The notes under the pieces were generated by a model that saw nothing but the letters and a program-made list of their open reading frames with translations, had not been told where the DNA came from and did no database searches. A stretch of DNA of 64,000 nt from positions 5,844,907 through 5,908,906 of the forward strand of contig CAVNZM010000001.1 of the NCBI GenBank assembly GCA_963693365.1. The letters are read 5' to 3'. Shown here piece after piece: positions 1-17,246 of this stretch (positions within the stretch are counted from its first letter, which is position 1; each line of letters begins with the position of its first letter). Source of the stretch: Amoebidium appalachense. Lineage: Eukaryota > Protista > Ichthyosporea. The position numbers were made by a program, and so were the translations under genes.

Positions 1-111
1 GTGGGAGTGCGGAGGAGAGGGGGGGGGGGAGGGGAAGGGTGTGTGTGTGGGGTCGAGGGGATGTGGGGGAGGGGGGAGGGGGGGGGGGGGGGGGGGGGGG
101 AGTAAACCGAC

Positions 112-4765
<4,654 letters not shown>

Positions 4766-5995
4766 TCCACGCCCCCCTCCCCACCCCCTCCCCCCACCTA
4801 CCCCCCACTCAACCACCCGCCCATTGTACACCCCCCGCACGGACCCTGTGTGGTTAAAGGTGGTTTGGTGAGTGGGAAGAAAACATGGGCAGAAATATAA
4901 ATAAAACAAGGCAAGCATTGGCTCATGTGCTATTGATAGCTCACGGAAAAGGGTACAGTTTGTGTTCTGTCAACTTTTACACGCAAGAACATGTAATCAA
5001 TCTAGATTTTTGTTTTTTATTTTCGTCTATGGCTCTTATGCTCTCTGCAGTTCCATGGAGCCTTGGGTTTTAGGAAATCTGCACATGTTAGCATGTCCAT
5101 CATTAGCTCCTACCCATTGGGGATAACACCCGTTCAAAGCTGCCCATTAATGGCATCGACATTTCATGTGCATAGAACAGTGACGATCGGGGGCCTAAGG
5201 GGGGGGGGGGGGGGGGGGGAGAAGGTAGAATGTGGAACACGTTACGGAGTACAACAACACGATGTAACCATCGTGCAGGACATGCCGGAGGGTGGGTGGG
5301 TGGGGGGGGGGGGAGGGGGAGAATGATGATGCAAAGCGGCAAACAGGCACAGCCAAGCTCCGGGTGGGGCTTTTCATTGGCCGGCAAAGAGTGCGAGAGT
5401 GATTGAAGGCACTTTGGGCAGGGAGGACTGGGAGCCACAAGAGGGCCGGGGGGAGGGGGGGGGGGGAGGGGGGTGATAGGGTGTTTGCGGACCGTTTGCA
5501 GGGGGGTGTGGTGGCGGCTGGGTGGGGGGTGGCTGCTGCCCCATGGACGGGCAGTGCACCCCACGGGGTGGCCCAGCCCCCGGCCCTAATGGCTGTAGGG
5601 GGGAGGGGGGTTAAGAAGGGTGCGAGAAGGGATAGACTCGCGGGGGGGGGGGGGGGGGGGGGGGAGGATATACGAGGTGTTGAAGGAGTTGGAAATAGGG
5701 GTAGAATCAAGGACAGCAAAGACACACAGAAAGCGACCCTTTTATAAGTACATAACGAGGGGTAAAAGCAAGGTCGGGGATGGGAGGGGTGGGAGGGGGG
5801 GAGGAGTGGGGGACGACTAATATCCCTTTCTGGCAAAGACGTACGCACTGCACTGATGGTTTAGGTAGAGAATGCAGTATTCCGGGCCTTAGAGGTACTA
5901 GGGAGGGAAAGAGTGCGCTATGCACAGACGCACACCACTCCTGTTGTTTGTATCACAATCGAGACTCAACCTCAACAAAAAATACTTTAGCGGAA

Positions 5996-6111
<116 letters not shown>

Positions 6112-6112
6112 A

Positions 6113-6248
<136 letters not shown>

Positions 6249-7314
6249 CATCGCCATCTTTACATCTCTCAACCATCAGTGCAAGAGCGTCCTTGCCCAC
6301 GTACTCACAGGATCAAACAAGATTCCCCATAATATCCTGCCGTTCTTACCACTCTTCGCTTTCATATGTTGAAAAGGTATTTCAACCACCACTATGTTAT
6401 ATTATCTTTCCCTTACCCACTCATCTTCCCACCCCCATTCTCCTCTCTCTCCAACCTCCCACCACCTCCCCACCCACCATCCTCCCGCACATCAAACACT
6501 CGCAACCACAGTTAAAAAAAACATGTAAAACATTATCTCCAAAACTAAACCAACTCACCTGTTGGTAAGTCTCCCCACCCACCCCTGCCTCGCACACACT
6601 CTCACTGGAAGGTTGCTCCTGACCTAACTCTGCAACTTGGACCTGGGTTTCTGTGCGCCCGGCCCCTTCCTAAACGCACGCACGAAATCGTTCACGTGCA
6701 CGGTAAATGGTGTGCACTTCTCTCTCTCACCTTGAATCCTTGATACTAAGACAACCTTAAAGCGATGTTTGTCTTCGCATCCCTGCTTGCCTTCACCCCT
6801 ACTGCCTCATACTTGTTCCTGACCCACCTTCTCATATCATGTTTAGTGCCTTATATAAGGGGTGGATCGACTTCTTCGGCTTTTATCTTCTTCTCTTTGT
6901 CACAAAACAACTACAATGTCTAAACGAGAAAAACTTGGAAACGGTGACGGGGGAGTTGACGAGGGACTGCCAGTGGTTGATTTATTTGAAGCGGCTCAAT
7001 GGGTGGCGACATTTACCTACCATATATGGTATCTGTATTCGATTGGTTGAAAGTGGTGAGCCGCTTACCAATTATAACAAGTTATTTTGGTCACGGAATT
7101 TCCGATTGGTCGTTCTATTATCAGTTCTGCGTACTGGCAGCTGTCCGGAGGGGTGCACAGCCTGTCTTTTTCTTTTTTTAATTTGCGCTTCTTTTCTTTT
7201 TGAGTATGTATTCTGAGTAATTCTAAGTCTACAGTGGGCGTACACATATATATCTATCAAAGTTTCCCCAACCCCTCCCTGGCAGCCATCCATGGGGCTC
7301 GCTCCGCATCCGCG

Positions 7315-7355
<41 letters not shown>

Positions 7356-7360
7356 CCCCC

Positions 7361-7665
7361 CGTGGTGTGATTGCGTCATATGGGGTAAAATACCATCAAA
7401 TAATAGCCAATAGGATACGAGCCTGGCGCTCCATATATAGATGAGGAATTCAATGAGTGCGCCTACTTGTCCTGGAGACACCTTCCCGTACTGTCAGCCT
7501 GCGCTCTGGTGTGCGCTCTGTGCTGTGCAGAGAGCCGATAGTAAAGGGTTAGGGAAACGAGTGAGTTCCCGTTAACCCCCACTGTTGGTGTCGCGTTGCC
7601 TTTTCCCCTATAACTCCGTTCAAAGAACCCACTTCAACACACGTATACACACAAGGGACACAACA
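7361..7665 (+). repeat. 5' LTR
   Basis: Near-identical to 13548-13839 apart from a ~12-bp internal duplication (GCGCTCTG unit) and a few substitutions. Ends ...GACACAACA. TATA-like CATATATAG at ~7432. Confidence 0.95.
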
Positions 7666-7789
7666 GTCTGAGCTACACACTTGAAGCGGTAGTTTTGCGC
7701 GGAGTTCTCGCACTTAGGTTAAGTTACACACAGTTTTTTTTTTTCTTTTCCTTTTCTCTCGCATACACTAGTTTTCTTTCTTAACAATC

Positions 7790-8480
7790 ATGGCAGATAA
7801 TGGTGAAGTTCGCAATAGCCGCGAGGCTTCACCCGAGCGAGAGGTTGAGGGATCCCCTCGCTGTTCCCCGCCTCCCAATGATCACGCTGGGCAGGTGGAA
7901 GGAAACGTCGAGCAGCAGGTTAGCTCTGAGTTCGCTACTTTAGAGGCTCGTTTGGCCGAAGCTCAACGTGAGCAGGAGGCCGCTGAGGCTGAGTAGCGTG
8001 CGGTGCGCGAGCGCGTGGAAGCTTTGCGCGCGGAAAAGCAGCGCCAGCTTGAGCGTCAGGAGACCCTACGCCAGCAGGCTGCCGCGGTAGCAGCACACAG
8101 GGCTGAGGTTTGCCCCTCTGCAGGATCCCCCACACCAGCCTTATTATCCTGTGCCCGCACCCGTTCGCCCGCCTCCCCCTCAAGGGCAGTGGGCCAACGG
8201 GGCCCCTGGGCAGGGGCTTCCCCCCAAGCCGCAGCCACGTGTTCCGCGCGGTGGGCCACCTAACCAGCAAGGAGCTCGGGGCCGTGGCGGCAAGGGTGGC
8301 CAGCGTGGTAATGGTGGTCGGGGTGACCGAGGGCGTGGAGGGCGCAACTAGGGGTGCCTTGGTGGGAGTGCTACTGATTCGTCTAAGGTGGGTCGTCCTC
8401 AGGTGGTAGGGGACATTCCCCCCTCTACCCCTATTGCCTCCCCCCCCCCGTCTAAAAAAGCGCGTTATGACGAATCTTTA
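7790..8480 (+). pseudogene. Disrupted gag-like region of the LTR element
   Basis: ATG at 7790, coiled-coil-like segment, in-frame TAG at 7994, then a frameshift into a Pro/Gly/RGG-rich segment. No recognisable capsid domain, so possibly internally deleted. Confidence 0.55.
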
Positions 8481-8499
8481 GGTCAACCAGGTATGCAGT

Positions 8500-11400
8500 G
8501 TGTTGTGTGCAGCTTTACCTATTCCTCCCTCCTCTGAGTTGGATAGTACCAACCAGTTCGATGGGCAGGATAGCACACATCCACAGAGACTTACTAGCAT
8601 ACCCACTCCTACTAAGGTAGTCCCGAGGCCTAGATATACTATATTTTTATCTTTTTCACATACTATCAAAACGAAAGCTTTGTATGATCCGGGTTCTCAG
8701 GTAACCCTCATGAAATATTCCCTTTTTAAACGCCTTCAAGAAGCAGGCACAGCTTTAGAGCTGTCCCCTTCCTTGTTGGCTGCTGGTGGTATTACTCCCA
8801 CGGGGAGTCCGCTTGAAGTTAAAGGTGAGTCCGTTATCTCTTGACTGGTGGGCAATACCCTTTTGGATTGGCCCTTCCTAGTCGTTGGGGATATGAATGG
8901 ACCTGATGTTTTATTAGGTAATGACTGGATAGATACATGGGTTACGACTGCAGATTTGGAAACACAGGCACTTACCTTAAGAAACGGGGACTCAGTCCTC
9001 CTCTCTTATGAGCATTTGCCTGATGTTGCAGCTTATTGCCGTTTGCAAAAACCAGTTGTGCTTAAAGCACATACTGTTACTAAGATATTTTTGAAAGCAC
9101 GTAGCCATATGCCTGCAGGACCTGCGTTGTTTATGCCGAATACGACATTACAACAGTATTTCCCCGCTGATATGGTTGCTGTTCACCCTAGTGGTGATGT
9201 AGGTTTGCTAGCTTATAATTTTTCTGAAGAAGACGTGCCTTTATTACCTAGTAATCTTGGTCACGTTCAGTCTCTGACTGAGCAAACCCTTGCAGAAATC
9301 TACGCGGTTGCGGATATTAACAGCTCTGGTGTTCTTGATTTTCGTGTGTCTGCTGCAACCGGCCGGGCAGCTGGATACGCTGGCATGGCGAAGTCTTTGG
9401 GATTGGTGCCTAGCCCACATCCGTCCCAAAGATGTAGTCCTGCTGGGCGGGGCACATATGATAATCCTATGTATTCAGATGAGGTGGATTATGCTCGTAG
9501 GTTAGCTGTCCACTCGTTGTATACTAGTGCATGCACAACCGCCTCGGGTGTCTGTAATAGTGAGGGTATTAATATCGATGATAATGTTGTTGATATGGAG
9601 TTGGATGACGGTTTGGGGGTTAAATCCCCCTCTCGGCAGCACCCTGCTCTAATAAATCTGCCACATTTATCCGCAACCTTTTTAGCAGATACCCCCACCT
9701 TTCAAACAGAGTCAGGGGCCACTGTGATCACTGACTCTGCACCGATAGGTGTTGGCTCTCGGAGTACCCATAATGGGATCCGTGATGCCCAACCACAGAC
9801 AGCACCCACCGCCACCCACGGTATAGCATGGAAATTTAGTTTTCCTGAGTATACCCCAGAGTTAAAAGAGCGTGTTTCCTCATTTTTGGATAAACATTAT
9901 GATGTGTTTATTAGAAATGAGCATGATTATGGCAGGCTGCATAGGTTCGAGGCCAGTTTAGACACCATCCACCAATCAAAGTGAAGCAATGGCGCCTAGA
10001 GCAAGTAAAATTAGAAGCGGCACAGAAAATTGTAGATGAAATGATTGAACGGGACGAAGCAGAACCTGCAGATGGTTCTCCTTGGCAGTTCCCTATTTTC
10101 TTAGTGCCGAAAAAGCAACCTGGCCAATTCAGGATGGTCCAGGATATGCGGAAATTAAATGAAATTCTTCGTAAAGACTCATATCCCCTCCCTAATATTA
10201 CTGCAGAATTGGAACGTGCACAAGGGGCACGCATTTTTGCAAAGTTTGATATGAGTCGCGCATTTTGGCAAATTTATTATGACGAAGAATCGCGCCCGAA
10301 AACGGCGTTCGCATTAGGCAATAAGCTGTACCAATATAAAGTCATGGTTATGGGTGCTAGGAATAGCCCCCCCACTATGATGCGTGCAATGCACTGGGTG
10401 TTAAAAGATCACCTCGATGATTGCATTATTTATATTGATGATCTTATATTTTATGCGCAGACGGAAGATGAATTATTTACGAAAATGAATGCTGTCCTTA
10501 CTACATTAGCTAAGCATAACCTTAAGCTCGATGCTAGTAAGGCAGAAATAGCGGTACCAACCATAGATGCCTTAGGGCACATTTTATCTGCAGATGGTAT
10601 CACTATCCATTCTAAGCGCATAAAAGCAGTTGCAGAGTGGCCTATCCCCAAAACGGTCACCCAATTGCGACAATTTTTAGGTGTTACATATTATCTGAGG
10701 AGATATATTAAAAATTACGCGCGCATGGCCGCGCCCTTAACAAAATTAACGGGTGGCCAGGCGGCGAAGAAAATCCATATAGACAAAGATAGCACACAGC
10801 TGCAATCATTTTATGATTTACGCACTGCTCTAACCAAACCACCTGTGCTTGTGCTTCCTAATTTTAGTAAGGATGCCGGTGAGTTTGTTAAGACAGACGC
10901 GTGTGCTATCTCTGTGGGGGGCTGCCTATACCAAACCCAAGCCGATGGGTCTTTGCGTGTGGTAGCATATTTTTCCAAATTATTTTCCCCCACAGAAAAA
11001 CGTTATTCCACCAGTGAACGGGAAGCTTTGGCCTTAGTATATGCTCTCACACATGAGTGGAGAGTATATCTCTATGGTCGGACATTTCGCGTGTATACGG
11101 ATTATAAGCCGAATTTATGTATTGCTGGAGGCACGCGTATAGCCAATGATAGAATTGATCGTTGGGCTGCAAAGCTGCAGGGCTTTGACTTCCAGTTATT
11201 TTATAAAAAAGGTTCTGACTTGCCGGACGCTGATGGTATCAGTCGCATTCCTTATGCAGCTGAGGACCAATCAGACGAACCGCCTGCAGATCACTCTCAG
11301 GAAGCAGATAGATGGGTGCATTATGATAAGAATACTGAGTTGGAGCGTGTAGTGATCTCGTCAGTTTATTTTCCTGATGATTCATACACTGCTCCTTCTC

Positions 11401-13398
11401 ACCCCCCTATGCCTTTGCAAGCGCACGTCGCGGCTTGCTTACCATATTTGGGCATATCTGCCACCCATACTCACGTTAACCTTTCCCCGCCAGCGAACGG
11501 TCCCTGTGAAATTAGTTTAGAAGGGTCCCTTCGTTCGGTGATGGTTAAACAGAGAGTAGATTCGAATTCCCTTCATGTTGTGCAGGTCCTCCTGCATACA
11601 GAAGAAAATTCGCATGTTTTGTACCTTAATAATATTGCTTCCAAAAATGGCAATATCTCCCAAGATTCCCCTTCGCATCCTGTGCAGATAGCTGCCTTAG
11701 CTGGGGCCGGCTACCAGAGAGATGCGATCGTAGCAGCACAATGTAATGACCCCCTTTGTGGTGATATCATTACTTTGTTGTCTACAAAAGACCCACGGGG
11801 ACCCAAAAAGCATGCATACATGCAAAAATTAACGCAAAATATCACACGGAATAACACTTCTCCCGCTGATAATATGGAAGAAAATGTAGAGGACCCCACA
11901 CCACGTATTAGTAATGCGAAAAGGAGAAAACTCGCTCGCATTGCTCGTCACTGTTTTGTGGAAAATGATGTCCTATATTATTTTTCTTTGGAGGGGAGGA
12001 AGTTGTTTGTTCCCGAGGCTTTATATCACGAATTATTAGAGAGTGTGCATGATAAGATGGGCCATTTTGGTGTGCATCGCACGTTAAAAGCGTTGCGCGC
12101 GTATTATTGGCCGGGTATGAGTAGGTATGTGCATAGGTGGGTGCGCTCGTGTGTTGGGTGTCAGGCACGTAATTCTGACCCACACATGAAAGTTAGACCA
12201 TCCCCACCTCCATCCCTCACTCCTACAAAATTATTCGAACGAATAAGTATTGATACAATCGTGCCCTCTAAACCTTCCAAAAATGGGAATACCAAAATTA
12301 TCGTTATTATGGATATTCCTACGAGATATGCAGAAGCCTTTGCGGTAACCGATGAAACGGCTGCCACAATTGCACGGCTTATCTTGGATAGATTTTGTTA
12401 TGTTTATGGCCCACCTAGGTCACTGTTGTCTGACCGCGGTGCAAATTTTCTCTCGGAGATAGTGCTAGAGCTGTGTAAAATGTTGAATATCACAAAGTTA
12501 AACACAGCCGCCTATCACCCTCAAACTAATGCCATTAACGAAAGGTCTCACAGACCAATTAATGATGCCATTAGTAAGTATGTGAATTTGGATGGGGATG
12601 ATTGGGACAAATATCTAGCTCTCGTTATGTTTGGGTATAGGGTTACTCAACATGCGGCTACTGGATATTCACCATATTATCTCGTATTCGGGCAACATCC
12701 TACACTTTTTCCGGATGTCTCGCTGTTGCCTCCTGGGGAACCCATGAAGCAGCCAGAGTGGACTGCTATAAGGGAAAAAGCGATACGGCAAATTCAGATT
12801 GTGCGGCATATGCAAATGAATAAGCCACCTGGATATGCTAAGAATAATTCGCACAAAATCAGATCAAGTTGCGAAAATTCGCAAATTTTTCAGAGGAGAC
12901 CCAGTGATGATTAGAAATACTTCTGAGCATCCAGGTAAATTTTACCCTCGTTGGCACCACGGATTTGAGGTGGTCAAGCAAGTGGGAGAATTAGCTTATA
13001 GGGTCAGAAATAAGCAACATTTAAATGATATTCGTATTCTCAATGTGAATGATATTAATCTAGAAGTGCCTCTCTCTGTACGTGGCGCTATGCCTAACAA
13101 TGATGACCTCCCTGTGACTGGTCAGTCACATGGTTGGAACATTGTTGCAGATGATGAAGTCGAAATAGAGGCCATTCTAAGTATGAAGATAGAACACCCC
13201 GTTTCTTTACGAAACCGGCGTGCTCTACCTACACAGAAATATCTGGTCCGCCTTAAAGCGGACCGTGATAATCCTGTGTGGATGGATAAAACACAATTGA
13301 GGTCATGTGCAAAATTAATTGCTGAGTTTGAGTCTAAATTTGATCGGACACAGACCCCTCTTCCCCACGTGCAGGAAGATCAGGATCTGCCCGCATAA
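8500..13398 (+). pseudogene. pol: pol: aspartic protease, dUTPase-like spacer, RT, RNase H, integrase, chromodomain; interrupted
   Basis: ALYDPGSQVT (protease), in-frame TGA at 8842, frameshift at ~9975, YIDD (RT), KTDACAISVGG (RNase H), HDKMGH..CVGC and D,D-E integrase, frameshift at ~12835, then VEIEAIL...KYLVRLK...W...LIAEFE (chromodomain). Confidence 0.9.
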
Positions 13399-13547
13399 AA
13401 TTTAGCACATGGCTGTGATTGGTTCGTTAGGAACCATTCCTCAGAACACAGATCGTAAGCTGATGCTGATGACTATATGTCGTTTTTTCACACATATCTC
13501 ACCTATCACTCACTCCTTCGAGGACGAAGGATCTTAAGGGGGGGTAC

Positions 13548-13839
13548 TGTGGTGTGATTGCGTCATATGGGGTAAAATACCATCAAATAATAGCCAATAG
13601 GATACGAGCCTGGCGCTCCATATATAGATGAGGAATTCAATGAGTGCGCCTACGTGTCCTGGAGACACCTTCCCGTACATCAGCCTGCGCTCTGTGCTGT
13701 GCAGAGAGCCGATAGTAAAGGGTTAGGGAAACGAGTGAGTTCCCGTTAACCCCCACTGTTGGTGTCGCGTTGCCTTTTCCCCTATAACTCCGTTCAAAGA
13801 ACCCACTTCAACACACGTATACACACAAGGGACACAACA
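13548..13839 (+). repeat. 3' LTR
   Basis: TG...CA termini, preceded by the polypurine tract. Confidence 0.95.
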
Positions 13840-14259
13840 CCCCCTCCCCCCCCCCCCCCCCCCCCCCTCCCCCCAATACCCTATCCTGCTTCTCTTTTCC
13901 TACCCCCTCCCAATACCACCACCACCACCACCATCATGATAATATTAACCAAACGAGCTTTGCCACCTCCAATGTTGCCACCGCGGGTGCGACGAGTGGC
14001 CACCGGTCCACCACCCATATCATTTTCCTGTAGTGTAGGGTTGTGTGCGCATGCCCATACTTGAAATTCGTGGTTTACATTATCTGTGTCATTGCCATAG
14101 TCACTTGGATTGATATCTACTAAATATAAACCCACCCATACGTACATGTGCACCTACCCTATGCCAACTACCCCAGTGAACCCGGCCAGTTACCGCTTCC
14201 ACTCCCGGGGGCTCCGAATCCTTGAAATTATTCGAAAACCCCCCTTCTCCGGATCCTTC

Positions 14260-14294
<35 letters not shown>

Positions 14295-14350
14295 CGCCCC
14301 CCACCCACGGGGGCCCCTTTCTTAGATCTCTCTCTCTCTCTCCCTCTCTT

Positions 14351-14406
<56 letters not shown>

Positions 14407-14413
14407 CCCCCCC

Positions 14414-14527
<114 letters not shown>

Positions 14528-15551
14528 CTCTCTCGCTCTCTTTCTCTCTCTCCCCCGCTCCCCCTCTCCCCCCCCCCCCCTCCCCCCCTCTGTCTCTCCC
14601 TCCCCTCTCTCTCTCTCGAATCCCCCCCCCCCTCCCACCCTCCCTCCCCCCTTTTCCCCGGCGGCTGCCCCTGATCATTATGAAATTGGAGCAGGAATGT
14701 CTCATTCGTTAGTACACCAGATCCGGTTTCTCTTTTGATGGAAACAGTCCTCACAATCTCCTGCAAAGCACATGTTATCTAAAATTCTCAGGAGAAAAGA
14801 ACTTGGCGTGTACATGTGTCAAGTTGAACTAGACAGTCCACTTACAATTAAAAACTTTCTAGCTAGGCTACCGAGGGCCCCATACTGTACGCAGGATAGA
14901 TTTTTTTACAGTAGGTCGGGGGGGAAGGGAGGAGGGGGAGGGGGGTATTATGTTCTATGGGTGTACGTGGTTCTCTGTGGGTTCTCTGTGGTTGTCTGTG
15001 TGCTATTGTGCTCTTTATAGAGTCTCGGGTTATGTCTCAACCTGTGACCCCTCTTTTATGCAAGACCACGTGTACATCTTGTCCGACCATGACTCAGACT
15101 GAGACCCGCACAGGAGTGACGGTCATACATGTACTCTGGGATCAGGGCTCAGCTAGGCTATCCATATATGATAATCATTACATTCATATCATTGGTTCAT
15201 AGGGCAGGGATTCTCAACCGCGTGTGCTTCAATCACACCACAGAGGGGGGGGGGGGGGGGAGGGGGGGGGGGGGGGGGGGCGGGGCGCATGGCATCCGGG
15301 TGGACCCACAGCTTTAACTAATAAATAAAGTAGACAAACCCCGGTGATTCGGAAGAAGTTGTAGATGTTCTCGTTACACCCGGCTTCTCTTGTCTCCTGC
15401 CTTGAACTCAGAAGGAAACTTTTGCATGGTTTCCCCACATAAAGTAAAGGCAGACATCGTGTGTGTGTGTGTGTGTGTGTCTGCACTGCAAGCCAAGCAA
15501 AGAGTGTATAGGCATGGAGTGGGCGTCACGTCATTTTGGTGCATGTGTGTG

Positions 15552-15601
<50 letters not shown>

Positions 15602-15789
15602 TGCAAATGCATTCGTGTGTGCGTCCATGTGCAGATGCATTCTTGTAATGTGGTGATGTCTACTGTGTGCCTGTATGTGTGGTTTGGGTTACACGTCTTT
15701 ACCATGTGTGCATTTACGTTTTGGGCAGGCCGATTGTTTGTGAGTGTGTTTTTTTTTTTGTGTGTGTGTGTATGGGGAAGGGTGTGTGT

Positions 15790-15835
<46 letters not shown>

Positions 15836-16049
15836 GGGGGGAGCCAAATGATTATGCTTGATTTCTTTGAAGGTCGATTCTACCGGTTGCTGTTTTGGGT
15901 ATATGACGGGCCTTGTGCCTGCTTTGTTTTGGAGGTCTGGGAGGCTACACTATGGGCTCCATGTTTGAAGAAAGTCTCCGAAATATACACGCAGATACGT
16001 CGATTTGTAGGTTTCCGGGCAAGTTGAATTGGCCTTTGCCAAAAGATTG

Positions 16050-16094
<45 letters not shown>

Positions 16095-17246
16095 CTGTGA
16101 AAAGTGTATATGATTGTCTGTTAATATGTGAACCAGTGTGTGGAATTGCGAGTAAGTGAAAGTGTGAGTGAGTGAGTCAATGAGTGAGTGAGCGAGTGTG
16201 TGTACGTGTGTGTGTGTGTGTTTGTGTGAGTGTGCGTGCGTGCACTATGATGCGTGTGTGCGTGTGCGCACGCACAATCAATAGTAATCTACCCAGGAAA
16301 CCAACTCAAAGGTAATGATGGGTACAACCACTCTGTGCAAGGTAGTCGATTACAACAGGGTGTTGGGCCGGATGTTGTGGCTGTCTGCACCCACACGAAC
16401 CCCCCCCCCACCCCTCCCCCCCCCCCCCGTTCCAAAAGCCCACTGCCAACACAGCCCAGAAAAAGGGCCTGCGGCGGGAGAAAGGGGGGGGGGGGGGAGC
16501 GGAGAGGGTGGGAGGGACCGCGCGGGGGGGGGGGGGGGGGGGGATGAAACACTATGCAAATTATTATCGGAGTGGGAGGGGGGTTCACGTTGAGGGTAGG
16601 GCCAGGAGAAGGAGAGATGGGGAATCCCCGGAGGGTCCTTCCTTAGCCTAGAGGATAGGTTCATGTCAAGCTCGCACAAGCCAACGCAGCCCACCACACA
16701 GGTCTGAATACGGTGGGTCTAAACAAATACACCACACTCACTCACACATACATAAATTAGAGAATATTAGTGATTGCACACATCTTACTGGAACACAGGT
16801 AGAAAATGCAGATGTAACGATGCCAGCGTTAACTCGTGCACGTGCACAAGCTCGTTTCAAAACACACCCTCGTTCACACAAATTCAATTCAAAATACACA
16901 CAACACACACAAAAGAAAATAATTTCGAGTCAGCGGTTCGAGGCTTTCACACATTCCACCGATCACGTTATGCAGTCACTTTTATTTGCAACTTCACTAT
17001 ACACGTGTGCCTTGTGGTGGCCACCTATATTTCAAGTGCGTCCAGCGCATTCAATAGGCTGCGTACAACGCCCGGCCACACACAGGGCACATGGTTTGTA
17101 AACCCTTCGGGGCAACTTCTATGCAAGCTATTCTCAAGATATGAACACCACCACAAGCACGGCGCTGCTGGCGGTAACAACAACTAGCTAAATTGATTCG
17201 TATTCGCTCGAACATGCTGGTTTGCCCAATGACTGGTGTTGTGCAC

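Larger units (their letters stand above)
7361..13839 (+). mobile_element. Ty3/gypsy LTR retrotransposon with chromodomain (chromovirus-like), decayed
   Basis: LTRs at 7361-7665 and 13548-13839, polypurine tract AAGGGGGGG at 13536-13544, CCCCC on both flanks (likely 5-bp TSD), domain order PR-RT-RH-IN-chromodomain. Confidence 0.95.

Noticed and set aside
6839-7260. Possible first exon of a plus-strand gene continuing beyond the LTR element (14-16.5 kb)
   Set aside because: I could not assemble a phase-consistent model or recognise any motif.
7994-8844. Programmed stop-codon read-through in gag/pol
   Set aside because: Several extra frameshifts and a stop inside the protease region indicate decay.
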